A stretch of 64,000 nucleotides of DNA from Candidatus Giovannonibacteria bacterium (GTDB lineage: Bacteria; Patescibacteriota; Minisyncoccia; UBA11713; 2-01-FULL-45-33): the NCBI GenBank assembly GCA_016176295.1, contig JACOXN010000008.1, positions 4,638 through 68,637 of the forward strand. The letters run 5' to 3'. The notes under the pieces are model-generated. The model was not told where the DNA came from, ran no database searches, and was given only the letters and a program-made list of their open reading frames with translations. Position numbers and translations under genes: made by a program. Positions 10,164-19,577 of the stretch are shown piece by piece. Positions within the stretch are counted from its first letter, which is position 1. The number at the start of each line of letters is the position of its first letter.

Positions 10164-11462
10164 ATGAGCAAACTACAGATTATTTTAATAGGTGTTTCCA
10201 TTTTTTTTACCGCCATCGCCGTTCTTATAATCACCGGAGTTTTGCCGGGGGTATTGAAAGAAAGGACCGCTGCAGCCAATCTGACCATCTGGGGTTTTGA
10301 AAAAGACGGCGTTTTTGACGAAATATTCCGTGGTTACACCGGTGACAACCGCAGCATCCAGATAAAATACGTGCCAAAAAATCGCGAGACTTTTGAAAAT
10401 GATTTCGTAAATTCACTGGCCCGGCTCGAAGCTCCAGACATAGTTTTATTCCCTTCCGACTTTCTACAACAACAAAGCGATAAGTTAAGTGTGGCTCCTC
10501 CTATATTGATAACGGAAAGAGAGATAAGGCAGGATTTCATCGAAGCCGGATCTTTCTTTCTGAATGACGGGAACGAGGTACTTGGCATTCCTCTTTATGC
10601 GGATGCGCTGATCCTTTACTGGAACCGCGACCTTTTCAATAAAAATTTTATCACACTACCGCCCGCTACCTGGGATGATTTCGCCCAAGATGCCGCCGTA
10701 CTTACGGAAAAGGACGCCGAGGGCAACATAAAAATAGCCGGCGCCGCTTTGGGAAGAGCTATAAACATTAAACAAGCCCCGAATATCCTGACAGCTCTTT
10801 TTCTGCAGGCCGGGGAAAAAATAGTGGATGAAAAAGGGCAATTTATCCTGGGAAACAGTCTTACGACTGGGAACACGCTGCTCCAGCCGGCAGAGTCCAG
10901 CCTCCGTTTTTTCACCGAATTCTCCAACCGCGCCAAGGTCACGCAGAGCTGGTCCGGCGCCCTCCCTGAGGCAAAAGAGCTCTTTATCGCGGGTAACTTA
11001 GCAATGTACATCGGCCCTATATCCGAATACAAGGAGATCCTGGCAAAAAACCCGCATCTGAACTTTGCGCCCACAAATTTGCCTCAATTAAAAGGAGCGA
11101 CAACCCCTTCGACTTACGGCACAGTTTATGCGCTAGCCGTTCCCAAATTATCCCAAAACTACCAAGCGGCCTGGAATTTGATAAAATATCTAACAAGTCA
11201 GAAAATCTCCATTGAAGTAGCTAAGGCTGTCGAGAGTGTTTCGCCGAGAAGGGATACCTTGGGCTATTACAACGGAGACGCGGTGAGATCGGTATTCGCG
11301 CGAGCGGTTTTGACGCTCCAACTATGGAGAAACCCCAGCCCACAGAATGTGGACAATATATTCAGGATTTTGATCGAAGACTCGGCTCTTGGCCGAGCAA
11401 CTCTGCGCGAAATTCTAAATAACACGACTGCCAGACTTAAAGAATTAACAAAATCAAGATGA
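10164..11462 (+). CDS. Extracellular solute-binding protein (family 1-like)
   Basis: N-terminal anchor; GIPLYADALILYWNRDLF, PPATWDDF, FIAGNLAMYIG. Confidence 0.8.
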   Translation: MSKLQIILIGVSIFFTAIAVLIITGVLPGVLKERTAAANLTIWGFEKDGVFDEIFRGYTGDNRSIQIKYVPKNRETFENDFVNSLARLEAPDIVLFPSDFLQQQSDKLSVAPPILITEREIRQDFIEAGSFFLNDGNEVLGIPLYADALILYWNRDLFNKNFITLPPATWDDFAQDAAVLTEKDAEGNIKIAGAALGRAINIKQAPNILTALFLQAGEKIVDEKGQFILGNSLTTGNTLLQPAESSLRFFTEFSNRAKVTQSWSGALPEAKELFIAGNLAMYIGPISEYKEILAKNPHLNFAPTNLPQLKGATTPSTYGTVYALAVPKLSQNYQAAWNLIKYLTSQKISIEVAKAVESVSPRRDTLGYYNGDAVRSVFARAVLTLQLWRNPSPQNVDNIFRILIEDSALGRATLREILNNTTARLKELTKSR

Positions 11463-12376
11463 AATACGCTACACGCTATACTCTCTACGCTTTAACAGCT
11501 CTCTCAATCGTTTCGGCCTTCTCCGCCTCAGCCCACGGAAGGTTCCCGACACAGCTTGTGCCTGAGGGATGCAACGTCAGCGCCTGCGCGCTCTGCGAAC
11601 TCTGGCATCTGGCGGATCATATAATAAATTTTCTCCTCTTTGAACTCGCATTCCCGATTCTCGTGGTAGCGCTTTTAATCGGTGGGCTGATATGGCTTAC
11701 AAGCGCGGGGAACCCCCAAGGCATTGAACGTGGTAAAAAGTTGATAGTAAACGGCATAATTGGAATATTGATAGCTTTTGGCGCCTGGATAATAGTAGGG
11801 ACGATAATTAGCACAATTGCAAACGGCAGTTTCAGCGGAGCGTGGAATTCGGTTACTTGCACACTGTCCCAGGCCGGCGCCGGAGGGAGTAGCGGAGGCG
11901 GCCAGCCGCCCGGAACCACACCACCCCCAACAACCCCGCCTGTTCCCCCTCCGCCCGGCGGAGGGGCCACAGAAAGTGAAACGCAAGCCAGACAAACATT
12001 AAGCAATGCGGGTATTACAGTAAATAAAAACCCTTGCCCTCCAGGAGTTAAGTATCAGGATGTAGTCGGAGGATGCACGTCTCTTGAAGGAGTAAAACAG
12101 TCAACTTTGAACGGAATTATTAATTTTAAAAATGAATGCCCAAGTTGCACGGTTCTAATAACAGGCGGTACGGAGCTTGGGCACACACCAGGAGTTATCA
12201 GCCACCAAAGCGGAAATAAGCTGGACATCAACCCCAATACGCAGCTTGACAGCTACGTTCAAAACAAATATCAGCCAATAGGTCAGTGCTTTCCGGCCGC
12301 ATCGGCATGTTTTCGCTCCCCTACGGGCCAAATTTGGGCCCGCGAATCCAACCATTGGGACGTAGCATTCCCCTAA
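11459..12376 (+). CDS. VirB2/TrbC-like pilin fused via Pro/Gly linker to M15/Hedgehog-like Zn peptidase domain
   Basis: Pilin core GGLIWLTSAGNPQGIERGKKLI; C-terminal H-x6-D (SHQSGNKLD) and ExxH (ESNHWD). Confidence 0.7.
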   Translation: MKYATRYTLYALTALSIVSAFSASAHGRFPTQLVPEGCNVSACALCELWHLADHIINFLLFELAFPILVVALLIGGLIWLTSAGNPQGIERGKKLIVNGIIGILIAFGAWIIVGTIISTIANGSFSGAWNSVTCTLSQAGAGGSSGGGQPPGTTPPPTTPPVPPPPGGGATESETQARQTLSNAGITVNKNPCPPGVKYQDVVGGCTSLEGVKQSTLNGIINFKNECPSCTVLITGGTELGHTPGVISHQSGNKLDINPNTQLDSYVQNKYQPIGQCFPAASACFRSPTGQIWARESNHWDVAFP

Positions 12377-12379
12377 GCC

Positions 12380-12709
12380 ATGAATATAAAATACATCAGT
12401 TTAATAGCCATTTATTATCTTTTAACAATAAAAAGCGCTTCCGCCGTCCAAATTTACGACCCGCTTCCTTCGGGAACCACTTTCGAGACAGTGGTTAGAA
12501 GCGTAGGAAATATGTTGAAAGCCCTGGGTATCCCCCTAGCGGTCATATTTTTCATCTGGGCCGGATTTCTCTTTGTAACTGCCCAGGGCAATGAACAGCA
12601 AATAGAGAAGGCCAAAAAGGCCTTTTGGTGGACTGTGGTAGGCACCGCCTTGCTCGTGGGGGCAATAGTGCTCTCTGAGGCCATCGTAGATTTTGCCAAG
12701 GGTTTGTAA
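12380..12709 (+). CDS. VirB2/TrbC-like pilin
   Basis: Signal peptide; WAGFLFVTAQGNEQQIEKAKK between two TM helices. Confidence 0.85.
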   Translation: MNIKYISLIAIYYLLTIKSASAVQIYDPLPSGTTFETVVRSVGNMLKALGIPLAVIFFIWAGFLFVTAQGNEQQIEKAKKAFWWTVVGTALLVGAIVLSEAIVDFAKGL

Positions 12710-12737
12710 ACCCTGCCAACGCCGTCGGGGAAGAGGG

Positions 12738-12758
12738 TGTGGATAACCTTGTGAATAA
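12738..12758. promoter_or_regulatory. Tandem DnaA-box-like sites
   Basis: TGTGGATAA (12738-12746) and TGTGAATAA (12750-12758). Confidence 0.55.
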
Positions 12759-12872
12759 TTATGGTTATTCAACTCTTTTTATGCTAAAATTTTCTTATAA
12801 AAATAGAATTATCAATCAAAGGTCGAGCTGGATTGAAAAAGACAGCAATTAAAGCAAAAAAATATTAAATAT

Positions 12873-13217
12873 ATGAACAGAAAATCAATATATAAAATAG
12901 CTATCACAACGGCTTATGCGTTGCCATTCTTGGCATTCGCGCAAAACGTGCAGTCAGCCTTGCAAACCGTGCAAACCATTCTGAACGCCATTATCCCGAT
13001 TTTAATGATCTTGGCCACCATCGTATTTCTCTGGGGTGTTATCAAATACATCACGGCTGGAGGCGATGAAGAAGCCCTTAAAACCGGAAGGTCATACATG
13101 ATCTTCGGGTTAATAGGACTTTTCGTGATGGTAGCGGTATGGGGAATCGTAACTTTGCTCGTAAACACCTTCGGTGTCGGTGGGCGTACCATTCCTTTGG
13201 GACCGGGCACTATATAG
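12873..13217 (+). CDS. VirB2/TrbC-like pilin
   Basis: FLWGVIKYITAGGDEE...GRSYMIFGLIGLFVMVAVWG. Confidence 0.85.
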   Translation: MNRKSIYKIAITTAYALPFLAFAQNVQSALQTVQTILNAIIPILMILATIVFLWGVIKYITAGGDEEALKTGRSYMIFGLIGLFVMVAVWGIVTLLVNTFGVGGRTIPLGPGTI

Positions 13218-13244
13218 ATAGTTCGAGGGCGTATTTTGAACATG

Positions 13245-13274
13245 AAAACGGGGCCGCCTCTGGTGGCCCCGTTT
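13245..13274 (+). terminator. Hairpin between pilin genes (terminator or processing stem)
   Basis: AAACGGGGCC-GCCTCTGGT-GGCCCCGTTT. Confidence 0.6.
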
Positions 13275-13303
13275 CGGCGAAAGTGTGCTATATTTAAAGT
13301 AAT

Positions 13304-13666
13304 ATGAAAAAACTAAATTTATCCATTAAAAAACTGGGCTTCAGCTTGATATTGGGCCTGCTTCCGCTTTTGGCGGCGGCACAGGGAGGAGGGACCGATG
13401 TAAACTCCACTCTCCTCAGCATCCAGCAAATTCTCCGCAACACCATTATAGTGCTGTTCGTTCTGGCCACCGTCGTGTTCCTCTGGGGCGTCATCAAATA
13501 CATGACTGCCGGCGGAGACGAGGATGCCATTTCCAGCGGACGCAACTTTATGATATTCGGAATTATCGGCTTATTCGTCATGGTAGCGGTCTGGGGTCTA
13601 GTGTACCTACTGGTAAACACTTTCGCGCTGCCTAATTCCGGCGGCATACCGACACAGCCTTTATAG
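13304..13666 (+). CDS. VirB2/TrbC-like pilin
   Basis: FLWGVIKYMTAGGDED...GRNFMIFGIIGLFVMVAVWG. Confidence 0.85.
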   Translation: MKKLNLSIKKLGFSLILGLLPLLAAAQGGGTDVNSTLLSIQQILRNTIIVLFVLATVVFLWGVIKYMTAGGDEDAISSGRNFMIFGIIGLFVMVAVWGLVYLLVNTFALPNSGGIPTQPL

Positions 13667-13679
13667 GTTAATAAAAAAC

Positions 13680-13979
13680 ATGACAGTCCTTTCAACACTC
13701 GACCAAGTTAAAGCGATCTTAAATCAGGTCATTCCGATACTGATGATACTCGCCACGGTGATATTCCTCTGGGGTATCATCACCTACATCACCGCGGGGG
13801 GCGACGAGGAAAAGATTAAATCCGGGCGCCGCTTCATAGTTTTCGGGTTGGTAGGCCTTTTCCTCATGGTATCGGTTTGGGGTATAGTCGGAGTACTTAT
13901 GAACACTTTTGACTTAAACGGAGCGGGAATTCCTTCATACCCCGGAGGCATCGGAATACCGCCGACCACGACCCCCTAA
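13680..13979 (+). CDS. VirB2/TrbC-like pilin (no evident signal peptide)
   Basis: FLWGIITYITAGGDEEKIKSGRRFIVFG. Confidence 0.85.
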   Translation: MTVLSTLDQVKAILNQVIPILMILATVIFLWGIITYITAGGDEEKIKSGRRFIVFGLVGLFLMVSVWGIVGVLMNTFDLNGAGIPSYPGGIGIPPTTTP

Positions 13980-13988
13980 TTTATTGCG

Positions 13989-14312
13989 ATGAAAATAAAG
14001 ACCTGGAAAATTTCACTTTTTGCCCTAATGTTTTTTTCCTACGGTTTTTTCCGGGTTGAGGCAAAGACCGTCTATGAACTGATAAACATCATCCAACAAA
14101 ACGTGATAAGCCCTTTGATAACGCTTTTCATGGTTCTCGCCACCGCCTTTTTTATCTGGGGGGTCATCGAGTTTCTGGGGGGCGCCGATTCCGAGGAAGC
14201 GCGAACGCGCGGGAAGCGCCACATGATCTGGGGGCTCGTGGGACTTGTGATAATGCTTAGCGTAAAATTCATCATTAACCTTTTGGAAAACTTTTTCTCG
14301 TCAATCGGATGA
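13989..14312 (+). CDS. VirB2/TrbC-like pilin
   Basis: FIWGVIEFLGGADSEEARTRGKRHMIWG. Confidence 0.85.
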   Translation: MKIKTWKISLFALMFFSYGFFRVEAKTVYELINIIQQNVISPLITLFMVLATAFFIWGVIEFLGGADSEEARTRGKRHMIWGLVGLVIMLSVKFIINLLENFFSSIG

Positions 14313-14857
14313 ACCATTTTAGACAAAATTGTATCCAGGTCCTATTTCTAACGGGGTTTTTTCTCCCGCTTCTGGCTTCCGCGGCGACTTTTCAAGGTTT
14401 GGTTGGAAATATCATAGCCGTCGTAAAGACCGCGATAGGCGCGCTTTTTATTCTGGCAACCGTTGTTTTTTTGTGGTTTATTATCCAATATATCATTGCG
14501 GCAAGCTCGGGAGACGAGAGAAAACTATCGACAGCGAAATCATACATCGTCTACGGCATTATCGCCCTCTTCGTGATACTCTCCATGTGGGGCATTGCTA
14601 TTTTAATTTCCAGGTCTTTGTTTGAGGGAGGTGGTAGTGGTTATAACGGTAGTGGTAGTGGTAGTGGTAGTGGTAGTGGTAGTGGAGGAGGTAGTAGCAG
14701 CGGTGGTACTTTTATTTATGCCTGCGTAAATCCGTTCACTTGTTCTGTTGGACCCACCTATACGTCGACTTCCGGATTGGGCGCGCCTTCGCAATGCAAC
14801 GCAAGTTGTTCAAGAACATGCGTTCTAATTAGTGACCCGGCATATCGCTGTCCATAA
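14309..14857 (+). CDS. VirB2/TrbC-like pilin with GS linker and Cys-rich C-terminal tip
   Basis: Pilin core, (GS)n linker, six Cys in last ~45 aa. Confidence 0.8.
   Translation: MNHFRQNCIQVLFLTGFFLPLLASAATFQGLVGNIIAVVKTAIGALFILATVVFLWFIIQYIIAASSGDERKLSTAKSYIVYGIIALFVILSMWGIAILISRSLFEGGGSGYNGSGSGSGSGSGSGGGSSSGGTFIYACVNPFTCSVGPTYTSTSGLGAPSQCNASCSRTCVLISDPAYRCP
14648..14683 (+). repeat. (GGTAGT)6 coding microsatellite
   Basis: Six exact hexamer copies encoding GS repeats. Confidence 0.9.
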
Positions 14858-14867
14858 AACTTTTTTC

Positions 14868-14951
14868 GCTGAGGTGGCGGAATTGGCAGACGCGACGGCC
14901 TTAGGAGCCGTTGGGAGCAATCCCGTGGGAGTTCAACTCTCCCCCTCAGCA
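14868..14951 (+). tRNA. tRNA-Leu(TAG)
   Basis: Cloverleaf with ACGGC-CTTAGGA-GCCGT anticodon arm, long variable arm, GTTCAAC T-loop. Confidence 0.95.
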
Positions 14952-14979
14952 CTTTGCGCAAGCTACTGAATTTTGTTAG

Positions 14980-15008
14980 TTGACAAATACTCTATAGGGG
15001 TATAGGGT
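14980..15008 (+). promoter_or_regulatory. Sigma70 promoter with overlapping CsoR-type operator
   Basis: TTGACA-17bp-TAGGGT; pseudo-palindrome ATACTCTATAGGGGTAT (14987-15003). Confidence 0.75.
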
Positions 15009-15014
15009 ATATGT

Positions 15015-15287
15015 ATGGTAAACCAAGAACTAAAAAAGAGGGCCCTTCACAGGGCGAAAATAATCCGCGGGCAGCTGGACGGGCTTATTAGCGCTATAGA
15101 TAAAGAGGAATACTGCACAAAGCTCCTAGAGCAGTCCCTCTCCATCCAAAGGTCCTTAAAAAGTCTCGACGCTTTTCTTCTCGAGAACCATCTAAGAACG
15201 CACGTACGCCACCAAATGTCGAAAAAAAACGAAGTTGAAAAAGCCATCAAGGAGTTGGTGAATATTTTTACCCTTTCAATCAAATAA
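15015..15287 (+). CDS. csoR: CsoR/RcnR-family metal-sensing repressor
   Basis: R...I.GQL.G......EEYC..LL.Q...LLENHLRTH; upstream of copA. Confidence 0.85.
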   Translation: MVNQELKKRALHRAKIIRGQLDGLISAIDKEEYCTKLLEQSLSIQRSLKSLDAFLLENHLRTHVRHQMSKKNEVEKAIKELVNIFTLSIK

Positions 15288-15292
15288 AAAGG

Positions 15293-17852
15293 ATGAAAAA
15301 AGAAACATATAAAATCCATGGAATGCATTGCGCAAGCTGTGTCGCGACCATCGAACGGGCGCTTTCCAAAACTCCGGGGGTACACTCCTCTTCCGTTAAT
15401 TTTGCCGCTGAATCGGCGCTTATCGAATTTGATGAAAATATCGTTTCGGAAAACGACTTGGCAAAAATTGTCGGGTCAGTGGGATATCATCTCATGACCG
15501 GAACAAAAGAAAAAGCACCCCCCCAAACCAATGTCCGAAACTTAGTTTCGGACAAAAAGATGCTAGACGCAAGGAACGAAACCGTTTCAATGAAGGTTTG
15601 GGGAATGGATTCGCCACATTGCGCAATGATAGTCGAGGGAGCGCTCAAAAAACTGCCGGGAATCAAAAATACCGAAGTCGATTACCCAAACCAACGGGCA
15701 AAAGCAGTTTTCGATCCGACTCTAACGAATATCGATGACATCTTCAAAGTTATCACTGACGCGGGATACAAACCCAAGAAAGAAGACGGCGAAGCGAATG
15801 ATATTTTGGATAAAGAGAAAGCGGAAAGAGAAAAACAAATAAAGGATATGAAACGCAAGCTCATCATAGGCGGCGCACTTTCGGCAGTCATATTTCTGGG
15901 AAGTTTCCCGGAATGGTTTTTCTTCATCCCCAAAATTTTAAACAACAACTGGATACTTCTGCTCTTAACGACTCCCGTTCAATTCTGGGTAGGTTCCCAG
16001 TTTTACAGCGGGCTCAGGCTCCTCTTTAAATACCGCACGGCCGACATGAATACCTTGATAGCCATCGGCACTCTTGCGGCATATTTATACAGCGCAGCAG
16101 TCACTCTCTTGCCGTCATTTTTCACGGAGGGAGCCGTAGCTCCGGATATATACTTCGATACTGCGGCGATAATCATCGTTCTCATTCTTCTCGGAAAATA
16201 CTTCGAGATTCTGATGAAGGGAAGGGCCTCCGAGGCCATAAAAAAACTTGCCGGCCTTCAGCCCAAAACGGCAAAGGTCATAAAAAACGGAAAGGAAATT
16301 GAAATAGCCATTGCGGATGTAGCCGTGGGAGACCGTATAGTAGTACGGCCGGGCGAAAGAATCCCCGTTGACGGAAAAATAACCGAAGGAGAATCGGAAA
16401 TAGACGAATCGATGATAACCGGAGAATCAATGCCGGTGCATAAGCAGGCAGGCAGCGCGGTCATCGGCAGCACCATAAATAAATTCGGAACATTCACTTT
16501 CGAGGCCACGAAAATCGGCAAAGACACGGTACTTTCGCAGATCATAAAAATGGTAGAAGAGGCCCAGGGCTCCAAAGCGCCGATCCAGCGGCTGGCCGAT
16601 CTGGTTTCTTCCTATTTCGTCCCCGCTGTGTTCATTGTAGCGATCCTGGCCTTTCTGCTTTGGCTTTTCTTCGGACCGGTTCCGGCTTTTACATTCGCTT
16701 TGGTAAATTTCGTGGCAGTTTTGATAATCGCCTGCCCGTGCGCTTTGGGGCTTGCCACACCGATGGCAATCATGGTTTCTTCCGGGAGCGCCGCCGGCAA
16801 AGGAATTCTGATAAAAGATGCCGCTTCCCTGGAAATCGCCGTCAAAATAAACACGGTCATTTTGGATAAAACCGGCACTCTGACGGAAGGAAAACCGCGG
16901 TTGACCGACATTATCGGACTCAATTCCGATAAGGCGGAAGTTCTCAACCTTGCCGCTTCATTGGAACAGCGTTCAGAGCACCCGCTGGCGCAGGCGATTT
17001 TGCAATACGCCGCAAGCCTTGACCAAAATTCTTCGCACCCGCTCGACAAAGCCATCATGGACGAAGTAGCCAAAGAAAAGATTAAACTTTACGGCTTGGT
17101 AAATTTTAAAGCCATTTCAGGAAAAGGACTGAAAGGAACGCTGCAAATCGGATCCCAAAAGGCTGAGGCGTATTTGGGAAACCGGGCCTTGATGGCGGAT
17201 ATCGGTCTTCCGGTTTCTTCTTACGAGGACGCAATAGGCAAGCTTGAAAGCGAAGGAAAGACCGTAATGATCTTGGCCGTTGATAAAAAGATCAGGGGCG
17301 CTTTGGCTGTCGCCGATGTGTTAAAAAAAGAATCGGCTGAAGCGGTGCGCGCCCTCAAAAACAAAAATATGGATGCTCACCGGAGACAATGAACGCACCG
17401 CCCGCTCTATCGCCGCCCAAGCAGGCATAGAGAATATCATGAGCGAAGTGTTGCCGGATAAGAAATCGGAAAAAGTTCGCGAACTTCGTGAAAAAGGAAA
17501 AATCGTGGCAATGATAGGCGACGGCATCAACGACGCTCCCGCCCTCACCCAGGCCGACATCGGCATTGCCATGGGCGAAGGCACCGATATCGCCATGGAA
17601 TCGGCCAACATAACCCTGATGAGAGGAAATCTGATGCTTATCCCGGAAGTGATAAATATTTCAAAGCGGACGATGAGAATAATAAAACAAAATCTTTTCT
17701 GGGCGTTTTTCTACAACATCGCTTTCATACCGGTTGCGGCCGGAGCGCTCTACCCCCTCTTTGGGATATTGCTGAACCCGGTTTTTGCCGCCGTCGCGAT
17801 GGCCGCCAGCAGCATCAGCGTTGTGATGAATTCACTTAGATTGAGAAATTAA
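15293..17852 (+). pseudogene. copA: Cu(I)-translocating P1B ATPase, split by a frameshift near 17365-17373 (ORFs 15293-17392 and 17373-17852)
   Basis: GMHCASC HMA, CPC, DKTGT, SEHP in first ORF; MLTGDN, GDGINDAPAL, YN and MAASS in second frame. Confidence 0.85.
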
Positions 17853-17855
17853 ACT

Positions 17856-17929
17856 TGGTGCGGTCGGCGGGAATTGAACCCGCGTCTCGTCCTTGGCAAG
17901 GACGCATAATGCCGTTATACCACGACCGC
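17856..17929 (-). tRNA. tRNA-Gly(GCC)
   Basis: Reverse complement: CGTCC-TTGCCAA-GGACG anticodon arm, encoded CCA. Confidence 0.95.
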
Positions 17930-18034
17930 ATGGATTTAAATTAACAAAATAAGGTCCTAAATTCAAGCTATGGCCAAAAAAATGCCCACAACCTGCGCAT
18001 GACGCGGGGTTTTTAAGGTTGTATAATTATATCT

Positions 18035-18847
18035 ATGACAAAAACAACCAAAATCTTACTAATTTTACTGGCTATAACCGGCGTCATCATAATGGGCTAT
18101 CTCCTTAAACTGAAATATGCTTCCAGCGGAAGCTCTTTCTGCAATCTGGGAGAAGGCCTTTCATGCGACTCCGTAAATCAAAGCGTGTACTCCGAGGTTA
18201 TGGGCATACCCATGTCCGGGCTTGGGCTCCTATATTTTATGGGAGTGCTTTTAGCGGTTCTGCTAAAACCGGATAAACAAACTCTTAAGGCAATCATCTT
18301 CCTTTCCGTCGCTTTCATGGGACCTTCGCTCTATCTTTCGGCGATGGAATTCTTCGTTCTAAAAAATGTCTGCATCCTCTGCGAAACTTCCAAAGTCATT
18401 ATCCTGGCGATAATCGCCGTATCGTGGCTGTCGCTTAAACCCGAAAAATTAGTTTCGCAAACGGTTGCCGCGGCTATTATCCTTGGTCTACTCATGGCAG
18501 GCGCTACTTATTTCCTCCAATCGAACGCCGGCCCCGGAAAAATTTACAATGAATTCGCTCAGTGCTTGAGCGACAAGGGCTACATAATGTACGGCTCTAT
18601 TACTTGCGCCTCCTGCGCCAGGCAAAGAACCATGTTCGGCGAAGAAGCTTTTAAAAATATAAAAGAGATTGAATGCGACCCCAGAAATCCCAATAACGTC
18701 GCAGAACTCTGTATCGCCAAAAATATCAAAGGTACCCCGACCTGGATACAGGAGGATGCCGATGGCAAGGAGCTGTATAGGTTCGATAAAGGGTTTCAAA
18801 CGATGGAAAAACTGAGCGAAGTCTCGGGCTGTAAATTACCGGATTAA
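18035..18847 (+). CDS. VKOR-thioredoxin fusion (disulfide bond formation)
   Basis: Loop Cys pair FCNLGEGLSC, CILC in TM, C-terminal Trx-like CASC...GTPTW. Confidence 0.85.
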   Translation: MTKTTKILLILLAITGVIIMGYLLKLKYASSGSSFCNLGEGLSCDSVNQSVYSEVMGIPMSGLGLLYFMGVLLAVLLKPDKQTLKAIIFLSVAFMGPSLYLSAMEFFVLKNVCILCETSKVIILAIIAVSWLSLKPEKLVSQTVAAAIILGLLMAGATYFLQSNAGPGKIYNEFAQCLSDKGYIMYGSITCASCARQRTMFGEEAFKNIKEIECDPRNPNNVAELCIAKNIKGTPTWIQEDADGKELYRFDKGFQTMEKLSEVSGCKLPD

Positions 18848-18856
18848 TTATAAAAA

Positions 18857-19567
18857 ATGATTGCTGAAAATTTAACTTTAGGCATAGTTTTAGGCGCTGC
18901 GCTTGTGGACTCCATCAATCCCTGCGTCTTCGGAGTCCTTATATTCCTTCTCGCGTTCATGACCAGGGTATTTAAAAGCCGTTCACGCATGCTTCTTTGC
19001 GGCCTATGGTACAGCCTAGTGGTTTATGCCACTTATCTGGCACTGGGATTCGGTATATTGAAGCTCGCGGTTTCGATAGGATTCGCCACAGGTTTCTACT
19101 GGATAGCGGCTACCGTAGCTATTGTCGCCGGACTTTTGGAAATGAAAGACTTTTGGTGGTACGGGAAAGGCTTTTCCCTCCAGATGTTGCCTGGCGGTTC
19201 GCAAAGGGTAAAAATGTACACTGAAAAACTCGAAATCTGGCAGGAAAAATATCCGAGTCTCAGCTTCTTGCTGATAGGATTTCTCGGAATATTCGTTGTT
19301 CTGGTGGAGCTTCCCTGCACCGGCGCTCCTTATTTCGCGGTGCTTGCGCTGCTCGCCAAGGGAGATTACAGCGTCGCGGTCCCCTATCTTCTCATTTACA
19401 ACTTCGTCTTTGTTCTGCCGCTCCTCGCCATCGTGGCAATTGCCTACTTCGGCACGGCATCGGAAAGGCTGGAGGCCTGGAGACAGGAACACCGCGGATT
19501 CATGCGGCTTGTTATCGGGCTATTCCTTATCGCACTCGGAATTTACATGATTTATTCGCTCGTCTAG
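18857..19567 (+). CDS. CcdA/DsbD-beta-like membrane redox protein
   Basis: DSINPC and ELPC motifs, ~6 TM. Confidence 0.8.
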   Translation: MIAENLTLGIVLGAALVDSINPCVFGVLIFLLAFMTRVFKSRSRMLLCGLWYSLVVYATYLALGFGILKLAVSIGFATGFYWIAATVAIVAGLLEMKDFWWYGKGFSLQMLPGGSQRVKMYTEKLEIWQEKYPSLSFLLIGFLGIFVVLVELPCTGAPYFAVLALLAKGDYSVAVPYLLIYNFVFVLPLLAIVAIAYFGTASERLEAWRQEHRGFMRLVIGLFLIALGIYMIYSLV

Positions 19568-19577
19568 CAGCTTCCAA

